The position numbers and the translations under genes were made by a program. A stretch of 64,000 nt of DNA, taken from the NCBI GenBank assembly GCA_951828515.1, contig OX639992.1, positions 2,146,217-2,210,216 of the forward strand, written 5' to 3'. Below the pieces are notes generated by a model. That model worked only from the letters and a program-made list of their open reading frames with translations. It did not search any database and was not told the origin of the DNA. This DNA comes from an uncultured Poribacteria bacterium. Its GTDB lineage: Bacteria > Poribacteria > WGA-4E > WGA-3G. This document shows, piece by piece, positions 28,291 through 37,372 of the stretch; position 1 is the stretch's first letter; each line of letters opens with the position of its first letter.

Positions 28291-28956
28291 TCATTTTTCG
28301 AGAAGCACCTTGATATCCCGCCGTAGACGCAAGAGTGCCGGTTTGCTTCGACTATCGTAATAGCCATAGATGTTTCCATCCGGCTCAACGAGAACAAACC
28401 GCGTGCTATGAAGGAGCTCCGTGCCGTTGTGCCCCGCAGCTAAACTGAATCCGTCCTCGGCTAACTGGTAGATAGCTGTCTTGTCCCCAGTAAGAAAGTG
28501 CCAACGTCTATCATCAGCCCCATAAGCCTTTGCGTAGCGCGAGAGGACGCTTGACGTATCCCGCTCCGGATCCACGGAGTAAGAGACAAAATAGACCGGA
28601 TCCGCAACAAATTCGGATTGAAGGCGTGCCATCTCCTGCGTCATTGCCGGACAAATCGTTGGACAATTGGTGAAGATGAAGTCAGCAACCCAAATTTTGC
28701 CCTTCATGTCGGACAGTGTTAACGGCTCTCCGTGCTGTGTTGTCAGGCTAAAGTCCGGGACGCTGACAGCGGCACTTTTAGACACCGGTACTTCCGATTT
28801 AGTGCCAAATACCGACCACAAATTGATACCGGCAATGCCGATGATGATAACACCCAGCACTACCCAGATTAGGGTACTTTTGTCAAGTTTTCGTTCTCGA
28901 AGTCGGGAATCGGAGTTCCCTCCTACACTCTCGGTTTGTGTGTCCATATTGAGCAC
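28291..28956 (-). CDS. SCO family copper chaperone
   Basis: N-terminal TM; FIFTNCPTIC (CxxxC), SVDPERD, conserved H in LHSTRFVLV. Confidence 0.93.
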   Translation of the reverse strand: MLNMDTQTESVGGNSDSRLRERKLDKSTLIWVVLGVIIIGIAGINLWSVFGTKSEVPVSKSAAVSVPDFSLTTQHGEPLTLSDMKGKIWVADFIFTNCPTICPAMTQEMARLQSEFVADPVYFVSYSVDPERDTSSVLSRYAKAYGADDRRWHFLTGDKTAIYQLAEDGFSLAAGHNGTELLHSTRFVLVEPDGNIYGYYDSRSKPALLRLRRDIKVLLEK

Positions 28957-28967
28957 CCAACCAGCAG

Positions 28968-29312
28968 TTAGTGAGCGGACGTATCTACAACTTCTGTTGT
29001 CGGTTGCGTTGCGCCTTCGATTCGTGAGTCTAACGTTAGGTCAGGCATCAACGCAAAAACGAGCAGAACGCAGATAATGAAGGGGGTCATTACGATAATC
29101 GCCAACGTCCGCCTTTCAAATTTCAGATGCATGAAATAATTTGCAACTAAGATGGCCTTAGCACATGCCAGTCCGATGAGCAGGATGGCTTTGACTACCG
29201 TCGGGAAATCCGGTATGACGACCAAAAGCTCAAGGACGGTCAGCCCGGTAAGCCACCAGAAAATATTCATGTATTTCGGATGCTCTTTGTGCCCATTCTG
29301 TGCCATTTTCAT
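28968..29312 (-). CDS. Cytochrome c oxidase subunit IV family protein
   Basis: Three TM helices, KA.LVA.YFMHLKFE. Confidence 0.85.
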   Translation of the reverse strand: MKMAQNGHKEHPKYMNIFWWLTGLTVLELLVVIPDFPTVVKAILLIGLACAKAILVANYFMHLKFERRTLAIIVMTPFIICVLLVFALMPDLTLDSRIEGATQPTTEVVDTSAH

Positions 29313-29318
29313 GTCCTC

Positions 29319-29969
29319 CTATAGTAGATAAATGAAGGTGAAAACCATAATCCAGATAAGATCAACGAAGTGCCAATAGAGCCCGACGATTTCTACCTCA
29401 TGGTTAAATTCAGCCGTATATCTACCGCGTAAGCCGTGGATTAAAATAACAATGAGGTAAATAACACCACCGGTCACGTGCATCCCGTGGAAACCCGTGA
29501 TGGCGTAGAAAGTGGGACCAAAAAGCGTTGAGCCACTAACTGCAGCACCCGACAACCCGTGGTCGGGAATACCCGTAAGTGTCAACCCGTGGTGAATCAG
29601 ATGATACCATTCATAAGCCTGTAGCCCAAGAAAGATTATGCCTCCCCCGATCGTCAATCCAAGGAACATGCACATGCGTGAGACATTGCCGTTCTGAATC
29701 GACTCCAGTGCTTTCACCATCGTGACACTGCTGCATATCAACAGGAATGTCATAAACGCGGTTAGCTCAATGCCAAGAATCTCAGTTGGCGGAACCCAAC
29801 CGATTGCGCCTGCACCTGCTCGGATAGCGGCATAAGCTGCCAACAAGGCACCAAACGACATGGTGTCCCCGACAAGGAAAACCCACATACCGAGCTTACC
29901 AAGACTGTCCGGTGTCAGCGAAGGCTCATATACGTCTTCAGTATGATCTAAAGTGGTAGCGTGTTCCAC
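29319..29969 (-). CDS. Cytochrome c oxidase subunit III (second copy)
   Basis: KLGMWVFL, FY.ITGFHG.HV, GLYWHFVD..W. Confidence 0.9.
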   Translation of the reverse strand: MEHATTLDHTEDVYEPSLTPDSLGKLGMWVFLVGDTMSFGALLAAYAAIRAGAGAIGWVPPTEILGIELTAFMTFLLICSSVTMVKALESIQNGNVSRMCMFLGLTIGGGIIFLGLQAYEWYHLIHHGLTLTGIPDHGLSGAAVSGSTLFGPTFYAITGFHGMHVTGGVIYLIVILIHGLRGRYTAEFNHEVEIVGLYWHFVDLIWIMVFTFIYLL

Positions 29970-30038
29970 TATATCTAACTCCTTTCCGTTTTAAGAGTTG
30001 TCAGCTGTCAGTACGGGTGCTATGCACCCTTTCAGTTA

Positions 30039-30320
30039 TCAGTTAAGAGGTTTTCGTTTAACAAAAGCCTCTTTTAACCGACTACCGATGACCGATAACC
30101 GATAACCATTCCAATTTAAGAAAATCGTGCCGCCGATGAGACCGAAAACCGTAAACGGCATCGCCATCAGAAAAAGGACACTCCAATTAAAACCTTTAGC
30201 GATCGGCTCATCAAGTTCTTTACAGCCTGGACATGCCTCAACGGACATCGGAACTATAAATATGACGAGTACCAAGATGGCAGCCCATACAGCATTTGTA
30301 TAAAACGATTTGCTCATCAA
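30039..30320 (-). CDS. Small membrane protein with CxxC after a signal-like N-terminus, in the oxidase operon
   Basis: VEACPGC, GFNWSVLFLMAMPF; C-terminus encoded by a heptamer repeat element; its RBS is displaced by the IsrB element. Confidence 0.65.
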   Translation of the reverse strand: MMSKSFYTNAVWAAILVLVIFIVPMSVEACPGCKELDEPIAKGFNWSVLFLMAMPFTVFGLIGGTIFLNWNGYRLSVIGSRLKEAFVKRKPLN

Positions 30321-31582
30321 AGTATTCGGGCAGGATACCCCTTGCTTTAGCTCGGGGAGGAATGCCCGCTCCTATAATTAAAGTTTAGTTTTGTTAGAAC
30401 TTTGAAGTCCATTCGTTTGGCACTTGTTGTGAGTCGTTTTCCATCTAAACTGTAGAGAGCAAACAATCCTTTGGCGTTGATCCCTGCTAATCTTGTGAAT
30501 CCGTATTTGATATGCTTAACAAGTGTGTTCTTTATCAACCCCTCACAGAGCACAGTGCCGCCATATTTTGAACGAACACCCCCCTTTTTGTATTGTTCTC
30601 TATGCAGACTACGTCTCGCTATAGGTATCGGTGATATACAGAATAGGTCTGTATTCTCCAAAATAGGCCCGCCAATTGTATAATAAGCAAGACACCAAGA
30701 ATCTACACAATGCGCCTCAAAAGCGTCAGAGAGTTTCTTTGACGACTTCCTGAGACCGAGGCGATCCCGTATCTCTTTCGTCTCCCACCCTTGAAGCGTT
30801 AGGAGTTCCCACCGCTTTTTGACTTCATCATAGAACCATTGCTTACCGACTTCCAAAGGACTAAATGACGTATTCCATTTCTTGGCACTCTTGAGAGTTC
30901 TTGCTTTGATGTCCTCAACGCATACATGCGTCACAGGGAACAGTTTTGACAGCCACTCAAGGATGCGAAGTTTCCAGTCCCAACGTGCGCGTGTGCCAGC
31001 AGGAATACGCGCTTTATTCAAAAGTCGGTTTGTTCGGTTCTTGCGATTCGGACACTTCCGTGAACGTCTACCTCTACGCAACTCACACCGCTTTTCAACT
31101 TTCTTTCCAACTTTACTATGGGCATCGGCTTGCACATTTAAGTAGGTATGTGCTTTGGATTTGACAGTAAAGCCTTCCTTTTTGCTGCCCGGATCAACAC
31201 CGACAGCGATTTCTTGTGTTTCCCGTGCTACAGGCTCTTTGTTGAGGCGGATACAATAGATACCATTATCAAAATAGGGAGTTGCCTGACCGCGCTTTAC
31301 AAGTTTCCTTGCCCGCGCAGCGTGCATAGGCATCAGTTGTTGTCCGTCTTTGGTCTTAACAGGCACAAACATAAGTTTGTATTCTCCTTTTCAGGGTATA
31401 TGTTTCCCCATCCAGATCATAGTATCCAAGAAGAATCAGACTTGGGGAGCATCCGAAACGTTGTTCTAACTGCCACGTCAAGATACTACGATATATTACT
31501 GTAGTCAACCGTTTAACTTGTGGAGTGGACGTTTGGCGGACGCTTCGCACAGGTCCCCCGAATTTATTCGGGGGTTATTGAC
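30321..31582 (-). mobile_element. IS200/IS605-superfamily non-autonomous IsrB (OMEGA) element
   Basis: Left end GTCAATAACCCCCGAATAAATTCGGGGGAC hairpin; right end ATTCCTCCCCGAGCTAAAGCAAGGGGTATCC hairpin; no tnpA; no target duplication; boundaries approximate. Confidence 0.85.
30347..31372 (-). CDS. isrB: IsrB RNA-guided nickase (IscB relative lacking HNH)
   Basis: 341 aa; PLMP-like QLMP..AARARKL, RuvC-I GVDPGS, bridge helix RRGRRSR, RuvC-II VEDI, RuvC-III HCVD; no CxxC/HNH insert. Confidence 0.9.
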   Translation of the reverse strand: MFVPVKTKDGQQLMPMHAARARKLVKRGQATPYFDNGIYCIRLNKEPVARETQEIAVGVDPGSKKEGFTVKSKAHTYLNVQADAHSKVGKKVEKRCELRRGRRSRKCPNRKNRTNRLLNKARIPAGTRARWDWKLRILEWLSKLFPVTHVCVEDIKARTLKSAKKWNTSFSPLEVGKQWFYDEVKKRWELLTLQGWETKEIRDRLGLRKSSKKLSDAFEAHCVDSWCLAYYTIGGPILENTDLFCISPIPIARRSLHREQYKKGGVRSKYGGTVLCEGLIKNTLVKHIKYGFTRLAGINAKGLFALYSLDGKRLTTSAKRMDFKVLTKLNFNYRSGHSSPS

Positions 31583-31605
31583 TTAACACTTCCTTTTTAT
31601 AGGTG
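31376..31605 (-). ncRNA. omegaRNA (HEARO-like) scaffold with 5' guide
   Basis: Minus strand: flank ...TATAAAAAGGAAGTGTTAA, then GTCAATAACCCCC...GGGGG...GTTGACTAC...GGATGCTCCCCAAGTC...GATGGGGAAAC, ending just before the isrB ATG. Confidence 0.8.
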
Positions 31606-31691
31606 TCAGTGGTCAGTTTTCAGTTAAAGAGGACTCTGGTTCAACGGATCTGCCTTTTAACCGACTCCTGATAACCGATAACCAACAACCA

Positions 31692-32270
31692 TTAAAAGAG
31701 ATACACCAACACATAGAGAATTGGCCAGAGGGCGACAACAAAAATCCAGTAGATAGTACAAGTATCAATGCCGACGTAACCTTCGGCTGAGAAACGACCC
31801 GCCATCGCCATCCCAAAAACTATAAATAGCCAGATAACAGCACTCAGCACGTGAACGGCATGGCATCCGATGAGTACATAAAAGATACCACCATAGACAC
31901 CAGATTGGAGGGTAAGCCCATTGCGAATCAACTGTATCCATTCGCTTCCCTGTACGCCGAGGAAGAGTAAGCCAAGTCCTCCTGTAAGCAACAACCAATT
32001 GCGGAGTTGCTTCAGTTGGTCCTTCTGAATTGCGCGGCGTGCTTGAAACATCGTGTAGCCGCTCAATAGGAGAAGCACAGTGTTGATGCCGGTTACCGCG
32101 CGTGGCAGTTCAATCCCGATATGCGATGGTGGGGGCCAGGTGACATTTCCCACTCGAAAGACGAGAAATGTACCGATGAGCCCTGAAAACAGCATCGTCT
32201 CTGCACCCAGCAGGACTAATATTCCCAATCGTGCGTTGCTCAAGGGTGAACGTTGGTGCATTTCTGCCAT
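31692..32270 (-). CDS. Cytochrome c oxidase subunit III (first copy)
   Basis: LG.L.L.AE.M.F, NT..LL.S, FY.LIG.H..HV, YWIFV..LW. Confidence 0.85.
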   Translation of the reverse strand: MAEMHQRSPLSNARLGILVLLGAETMLFSGLIGTFLVFRVGNVTWPPPSHIGIELPRAVTGINTVLLLLSGYTMFQARRAIQKDQLKQLRNWLLLTGGLGLLFLGVQGSEWIQLIRNGLTLQSGVYGGIFYVLIGCHAVHVLSAVIWLFIVFGMAMAGRFSAEGYVGIDTCTIYWIFVVALWPILYVLVYLF

Positions 32271-32512
32271 CAGTCACGCACCCTATTTCTTACAATCCGA
32301 AGAACAATCTCAACGACCGCGGCGATAACCAGTAGTAGTCCGATAACACCCAAAACAGGGACGACCAGACTCTTGATGACACTTTCAACAGACTGAGGTG
32401 CTTTGCTGCCTGTAATAATTGCAATCGTTACGACGACAAACAATCCTGCAAACAGTAGACACAAAATGAGTCCGAGGCGGCGGTTTTGCTTGCGGTGTTC
32501 TGGCGTGTTCAT
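32270..32512 (-). CDS. Small two-TM membrane protein
   Basis: 80 aa with two hydrophobic helices; its stop overlaps the coxIII start (TGATG coupling). Confidence 0.7.
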   Translation of the reverse strand: MNTPEHRKQNRRLGLILCLLFAGLFVVVTIAIITGSKAPQSVESVIKSLVVPVLGVIGLLLVIAAVVEIVLRIVRNRVRD

Positions 32513-32529
32513 AATCTGCGGACTCCCGA

Positions 32530-33456
32530 CTAAATTTTATCCAACGCCATTGTGACAAATACCAACGGCAGATAGAGCAGCGAAGCATATAGCAGATAGC
32601 GTGCGGCTTTCACTGAACGTGTGCGTGCTAAATAGATACCGACTGCCAGAAACGCCACGCCTGATAGTAGTGCTGTGAAGAAATAGACTGTCCCGGCAAT
32701 GTTATACAACGTCGGTAACAAGCCTATTCCGAGGAGCGCGACGCAATTAACCACAATCTGGCGGCACGTGCTTGTCCCATCCGGATGAATGACCGGCAAC
32801 AAACGGAATCCTGCTTTTGCGTAGTCTTCGCGATAGATGTAGGCAATTGCGAGAGAATGCGGGATCTGCCACAAAAAGAGTATCGTAAACAGCACCCATG
32901 CCTCGCCTGTTAGCGAACCTCGTGCGGCAACCCATCCAACGACAGGTGGGAGCGCGCCGGGTACAGCACCAATAAGCGTACACAGTGAGGTTTTCCGCTT
33001 GAGTGGTGTATAGAGAAAGAGATAACTCACGACTATCAGCGAAATGACAAAACCGCTCAGCATATTGACGACGAATGTCAGGTAAAGCATCCCACTGCCT
33101 GTAAGGACAGCACCGACAAGAAGTGCGGTCAGAGGGCTCATTCTCCCGCCAGGGAGCGGTCTCTCCTGCGTCCGTTTCATCTGAGCGTCTACATCGCGCT
33201 CAAGGTATTGGTTGAGCCCTAAGACACCAGCAGCGGTCAATCCAGCACCAAAGAGAGTATGTAGACCTCGGAGCCAATCTACAGTCTGTTGTGCGCCGAG
33301 ATAGAAGCCGGCAGCAGTCGTAATGAGTATCATCACCACCAATCTCGGCTTGACGAGTTCGATAAAGTCTGCGACACTTGGCGCGAAAACGTCTTGCTTC
33401 GATGGTTGCTTCGCCGTATCTGTATTATCTGGCAATGTTACCGTTGTTGAACGCAT
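32530..33456 (-). CDS. ctaB: Heme O synthase (protoheme IX farnesyltransferase)
   Basis: L.KPR, NQYLERD.D..MKRT..RPLP, YT.LKR, GA.PGALPP..GW, WQ.PH, Y.EDY..AG. Confidence 0.95.
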   Translation of the reverse strand: MRSTTVTLPDNTDTAKQPSKQDVFAPSVADFIELVKPRLVVMILITTAAGFYLGAQQTVDWLRGLHTLFGAGLTAAGVLGLNQYLERDVDAQMKRTQERPLPGGRMSPLTALLVGAVLTGSGMLYLTFVVNMLSGFVISLIVVSYLFLYTPLKRKTSLCTLIGAVPGALPPVVGWVAARGSLTGEAWVLFTILFLWQIPHSLAIAYIYREDYAKAGFRLLPVIHPDGTSTCRQIVVNCVALLGIGLLPTLYNIAGTVYFFTALLSGVAFLAVGIYLARTRSVKAARYLLYASLLYLPLVFVTMALDKI

Positions 33457-33650
33457 TTTTTAATTATACCTTGCGGAGGAATGACGTAGATTGAAATTTT
33501 GACCCACCATTCTCACGAGTCGCCCTCCACTTCGTTACGGGCTACGGTTACGAAAATTAGCTTAAGACAACAGCTTGCAACAGCGGCACAGGGAGATATG
33601 AGAGAAATATCAACAAACCAATCGCCTCATTAACGCCTTGCAAATCATTG

Positions 33651-34775
33651 TTATTCTGTGGCGAGCGCATCCGTCGCGGGTGCTCTGACAACTACCGATG
33701 CATCAGTGAACCGGTAGATTTTCAGGGTAAGCACAAAACTGCTCACCAACATAAGCGCACCGACTGCGACATGCGCAGTCGTGATTGTGACCGTGAGTGC
33801 GGTTGCAAATGTTTCTCCGAAGGCGGTAAGTTTCGCGAAAAACGCCCCAGTGCCGAGCATCAACTGAATAGCAAGCAAACCCAGCAATAACATAGGTATC
33901 GATTGCCCAATTCTCTGGGCGTCACTATTCATACTAAGAACACGTCTCGCCAATAAAAAGATATGCAACGCGACCAGAAAAGCAAAGAGCAGATGTGCGT
34001 CAAGTCTGCTTCCGGTATGCCGCAAAATCGCGCCAAAGATGAGTTGCACATAAATAAGGCACGTCGTAATCAGGCTTAACCGGCGTAACTTCTGTGCTTT
34101 AAGATGGCTTTCGGCTCTCGGCTCTCGGCTTTCAGCAAGAGGGTTTTTGTTAAACGAAAACCTCTTTACCGACTGCTGATTGCTGATTGCTGATTGCCTG
34201 TCTGGTTCGCTTTTTGGCGCAGCTTGCAAGCCAAAACTTGCTGTACGAAAGTCCTGCCACCAATCGCGAGAGGTGAACCAAGCAATTCCACAAAGCAGGG
34301 CAAAAAACGCTTGTGCGAGACATGCATGTACGATCGCGAAGTTGAGATTAATCTGTGTAACCCGAAGTCCACCGAGAACGCCTTGCACAATGACAGCGAC
34401 CAAGGCAACAAATCCAAGCCATTTTAACCATTTGCGTGAATCTCTCACCAAAAGGAAAACCAAGAGACCGACTGTCAAAAGTCCAACAAGGGAGCCCATG
34501 AGCCGATGACTATGTTCGTATAGGATGCCTCCTACCATTTCCGAGAGTGGATAGAGAAACATATTATACCCAAAGGTCGTCGGCCAATCAGGCACTGCTA
34601 ATCCCGATTCTGTACTTGTGACAATCCCACCGATGACAATCAACAAGAAAGTCGCGACTGCGGTAGCGCGTGCTATTCTATGTAGCCATAGGCTATAATT
34701 GGGTGGAAGATTGGAAGATTGGAAGATTGGGTATCCACCCTTCCTCTCTTCCCTCCTTCCAGTCTTCTCTTCCAT
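33651..34775 (-). CDS. ctaA: Heme A synthase (COX15/CtaA) with a repeat-derived in-frame insertion
   Basis: GG.VT...SGL..PDWP, EHSHR, Q..LGG, H ligands, G..LRH; true start uncertain because the N-terminus overlaps a GGAAGATT repeat. Confidence 0.88.
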   Translation of the reverse strand: MEEKTGRREERKGGYPIFQSSNLPPNYSLWLHRIARATAVATFLLIVIGGIVTSTESGLAVPDWPTTFGYNMFLYPLSEMVGGILYEHSHRLMGSLVGLLTVGLLVFLLVRDSRKWLKWLGFVALVAVIVQGVLGGLRVTQINLNFAIVHACLAQAFFALLCGIAWFTSRDWWQDFRTASFGLQAAPKSEPDRQSAISNQQSVKRFSFNKNPLAESREPRAESHLKAQKLRRLSLITTCLIYVQLIFGAILRHTGSRLDAHLLFAFLVALHIFLLARRVLSMNSDAQRIGQSIPMLLLGLLAIQLMLGTGAFFAKLTAFGETFATALTVTITTAHVAVGALMLVSSFVLTLKIYRFTDASVVVRAPATDALATE

Positions 34776-34792
34776 CCTTCCATCTACCTCCG

Positions 34793-36616
34793 TTAGTCCC
34801 CACTGGTCGCGGGTGCATGCTCAGGTTGCGCCTGCGGGATCCAATCATTTTCTTCACCGGGAACACTATATTCATAGGGACCGCGGTAGACAGTCGGAAT
34901 TTGACCGAAATTGCCGTGTGGCACAGGCGTAGGTGCCTCCCATTCCAAGGTGGTTACCTGCCATGGATTCTGTTCGGCAACTTTTCCACGGTATATGCTC
35001 CAGAAGAAGTTAAAGACCAGTATCAACTGTGCAAATCCGAGGGTAAACGCACTCATCGTGATAAAGATGTTCATGCCCTCAAACCCTTGCAGGAATTCAT
35101 ACTGCATCGGGTTGGAGATACGCCGCATGTGTCCACCTACACCGAGAATATGCATCGGGAAGAAGGTACAGTTGAACGCGACGAACGTCAGCCAAAAATG
35201 AATTTTGGAGAGTACATCGTTCATATAACGTCCGTACATCTTCGGGAACCAGAAGACTATGCCGCCGAAAATAGCGAATAGACTTCCACCAAACACAACG
35301 TAGTGAATGTGAGCGACAATATAATACGTATCGTGGATGAAGATGTCGACCGGTGTGTTTGCCATATAGATACCGCTCAACCCACCGATTACAAACATCG
35401 AGACGAAAGCGATACCGTGCAACATGGGTGTCGTGAATTTGATTGACCCTCGGAACATTGTCCCCAGCCAGTTAAATGTTTTGATGGCTGACGGCACCGC
35501 AATGAGCATAGTTGTCGTCATGAATACAGAGCCGAGTCCGGGCCGCATTCCACTTTGGAACATGTGGTGTCCCCAGACGATCCATCCCAAAAACGCGATG
35601 GCAATCATGGCGTAAACCATGGACCGGTATCCGAAGATAGGTTTCCGTGAAAAGACAGCAATTAATTCAGAAGCGATACCCATACCGGGCAAGATGAGGA
35701 TATAGACCTCAGGGTGTCCGAAGAACCAGAAGAGGTGCTGCCACAAGAGCGGGTCGCCGCCGCCTTCAGCTGTTGCAGAGAAGAACGTCGTTCCCGCAAG
35801 CCTATCAAAGATAAGAAGTGCGAGCGCAGACGACAGCACGGGGAAGGCGAGTAGCAACAGGATCGCGACGATGAAAAGCGACCAGATAACTAAGGGGAGT
35901 CGGAAGAACGTCATCCCAGGTGCGCGCATATTGATGATCGTCGTGATGTAGTTAATAGATCCGACCAGCGAGGAAAACCCTTGAATGAGCAAACTAATTG
36001 CCCAGAGGTTTTGTCCCCACTCGACCCCCGTCCACTGCGGATCGGCAGAGAGCGGTGCGTAGCCTGTCCATCCAGCAGCGGCGTGACCGCCGGGTACAAA
36101 GAACCCGATTGCCATAATAATTGCAGCGAGAACCGCGAGCCAAAATGAGAGCATGTTGAGGATAGGAAACGCCATATCGCGTGTCCCAATCATCAACGGA
36201 ATCAGGAAATTTCCGAAAGTCCCCACCAAGATCGGAACCACGACGAAGAACACCATAATAGTGGCATGCATCGTAAACAGCATGTTGTAAAATGCCGGTT
36301 CGACGACCCCATTGGGCATGTTTACCTCAAGCCACTCCTCTTTCTCGGACTCATAAATGTTCTCCCACATCCTGTCAGCCCCGGTGACAACTTCACCTTC
36401 ATCCATGTATTGCTGCGATGCGCCGATAATCGGCAAAGGTCTTTCAGGATAGGCGAGTTGCCATCTAAAAAGGAGTGCGAGCCCACCACCGACGAAAAAC
36501 ATAATCAGTCCGTAGATAAGGAACTGCTTGCCGATCATCTTGTGGTCGAGCGAAAAGATGTATTTTCTAATAAAACTTTCTTCGTGATGATGTGACGCAT
36601 GTTCGTTATCGTGCAT
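34793..36616 (-). CDS. ctaD: Cytochrome c oxidase subunit I, A1-type heme-copper oxidase
   Basis: DHK.IG, TMHA, RDMAFP (D-channel), WFFGHPEVY, WGHH, K-channel K, AHIHY, MRRI. Confidence 0.97.
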   Translation of the reverse strand: MHDNEHASHHHEESFIRKYIFSLDHKMIGKQFLIYGLIMFFVGGGLALLFRWQLAYPERPLPIIGASQQYMDEGEVVTGADRMWENIYESEKEEWLEVNMPNGVVEPAFYNMLFTMHATIMVFFVVVPILVGTFGNFLIPLMIGTRDMAFPILNMLSFWLAVLAAIIMAIGFFVPGGHAAAGWTGYAPLSADPQWTGVEWGQNLWAISLLIQGFSSLVGSINYITTIINMRAPGMTFFRLPLVIWSLFIVAILLLLAFPVLSSALALLIFDRLAGTTFFSATAEGGGDPLLWQHLFWFFGHPEVYILILPGMGIASELIAVFSRKPIFGYRSMVYAMIAIAFLGWIVWGHHMFQSGMRPGLGSVFMTTTMLIAVPSAIKTFNWLGTMFRGSIKFTTPMLHGIAFVSMFVIGGLSGIYMANTPVDIFIHDTYYIVAHIHYVVFGGSLFAIFGGIVFWFPKMYGRYMNDVLSKIHFWLTFVAFNCTFFPMHILGVGGHMRRISNPMQYEFLQGFEGMNIFITMSAFTLGFAQLILVFNFFWSIYRGKVAEQNPWQVTTLEWEAPTPVPHGNFGQIPTVYRGPYEYSVPGEENDWIPQAQPEHAPATSGD

Positions 36617-36636
36617 CGTTATCGTCCTCCTTCAGC

Positions 36637-37302
36637 CTACTGAGGCCATCTTTCTTGCACCCAGGCATTGTAGTTTTCTTGCGTATGCACATTGAGATAC
36701 CCAAGCATCCCGGAGTGTCCAAATCCACACAATTCAGCGCACGGAATTTCATAACGACCTGCCTTTGTTGCCTCAAACCAGACGTTGATAAATCGGTTGG
36801 GCAAGCTATCCTGTTTCAGTCGCAACTGTGGCACAAAAAAACTGTGGATGACATCCACGGAGGTTAAGCGGATATGCACGACCGCGTTGATCGGCACATG
36901 CAATTCGTTTTCTAACTCCAAGTCATCATCTGTTCCGAACTCGTTATCGGGACCGGGATAGGTCATATCCCAGTTAAACTGTTTTCCACTGACCTGGACA
37001 ACAACATCTGGATTCTCAGGAAATTGCGTAGGCGACTTAATATTGTTCCACTGTGGGTAACTGAGCATAGCGAGTCCAAAGACAATTACCGTTGTAGCAG
37101 CTGTCCAGACGATTTCAACCGTTGTGCTACCTTCAATGTAGTGTGCCCTCTTCCCTTCCTGATGGCGATACTTAATCAGGAAAACGATAAGGGTTCCCAT
37201 CACAAGGATGAACACAACGAGGGTAAGATAATAGATAGCGTAAAAGAGGCTATCAACGCTTTGCCCGAACGTTGATACGTTCTCTGGGAGCCATTGCAGC
37301 AT
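36637..37302 (-). CDS. ctaC: Cytochrome c oxidase subunit II (CuA)
   Basis: E.VWT; DVIHSF ... CAELCGFGHSGM CuA motif; no fused heme c. Confidence 0.95.
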   Translation of the reverse strand: MLQWLPENVSTFGQSVDSLFYAIYYLTLVVFILVMGTLIVFLIKYRHQEGKRAHYIEGSTTVEIVWTAATTVIVFGLAMLSYPQWNNIKSPTQFPENPDVVVQVSGKQFNWDMTYPGPDNEFGTDDDLELENELHVPINAVVHIRLTSVDVIHSFFVPQLRLKQDSLPNRFINVWFEATKAGRYEIPCAELCGFGHSGMLGYLNVHTQENYNAWVQERWPQ

Positions 37303-37372
37303 AGGTCCTCCTTAACAGTGCGTCTCACTCATTGAAAAGTGAAAACGCGTCAAATTTTTGTTTCTAACAAGT

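Noticed and set aside
30347..31372. IscB, Cas9 or TnpB assignment
   Set aside because: No HNH or zinc-finger insert, 341 aa length and an N-terminal PLMP-like motif fit IsrB
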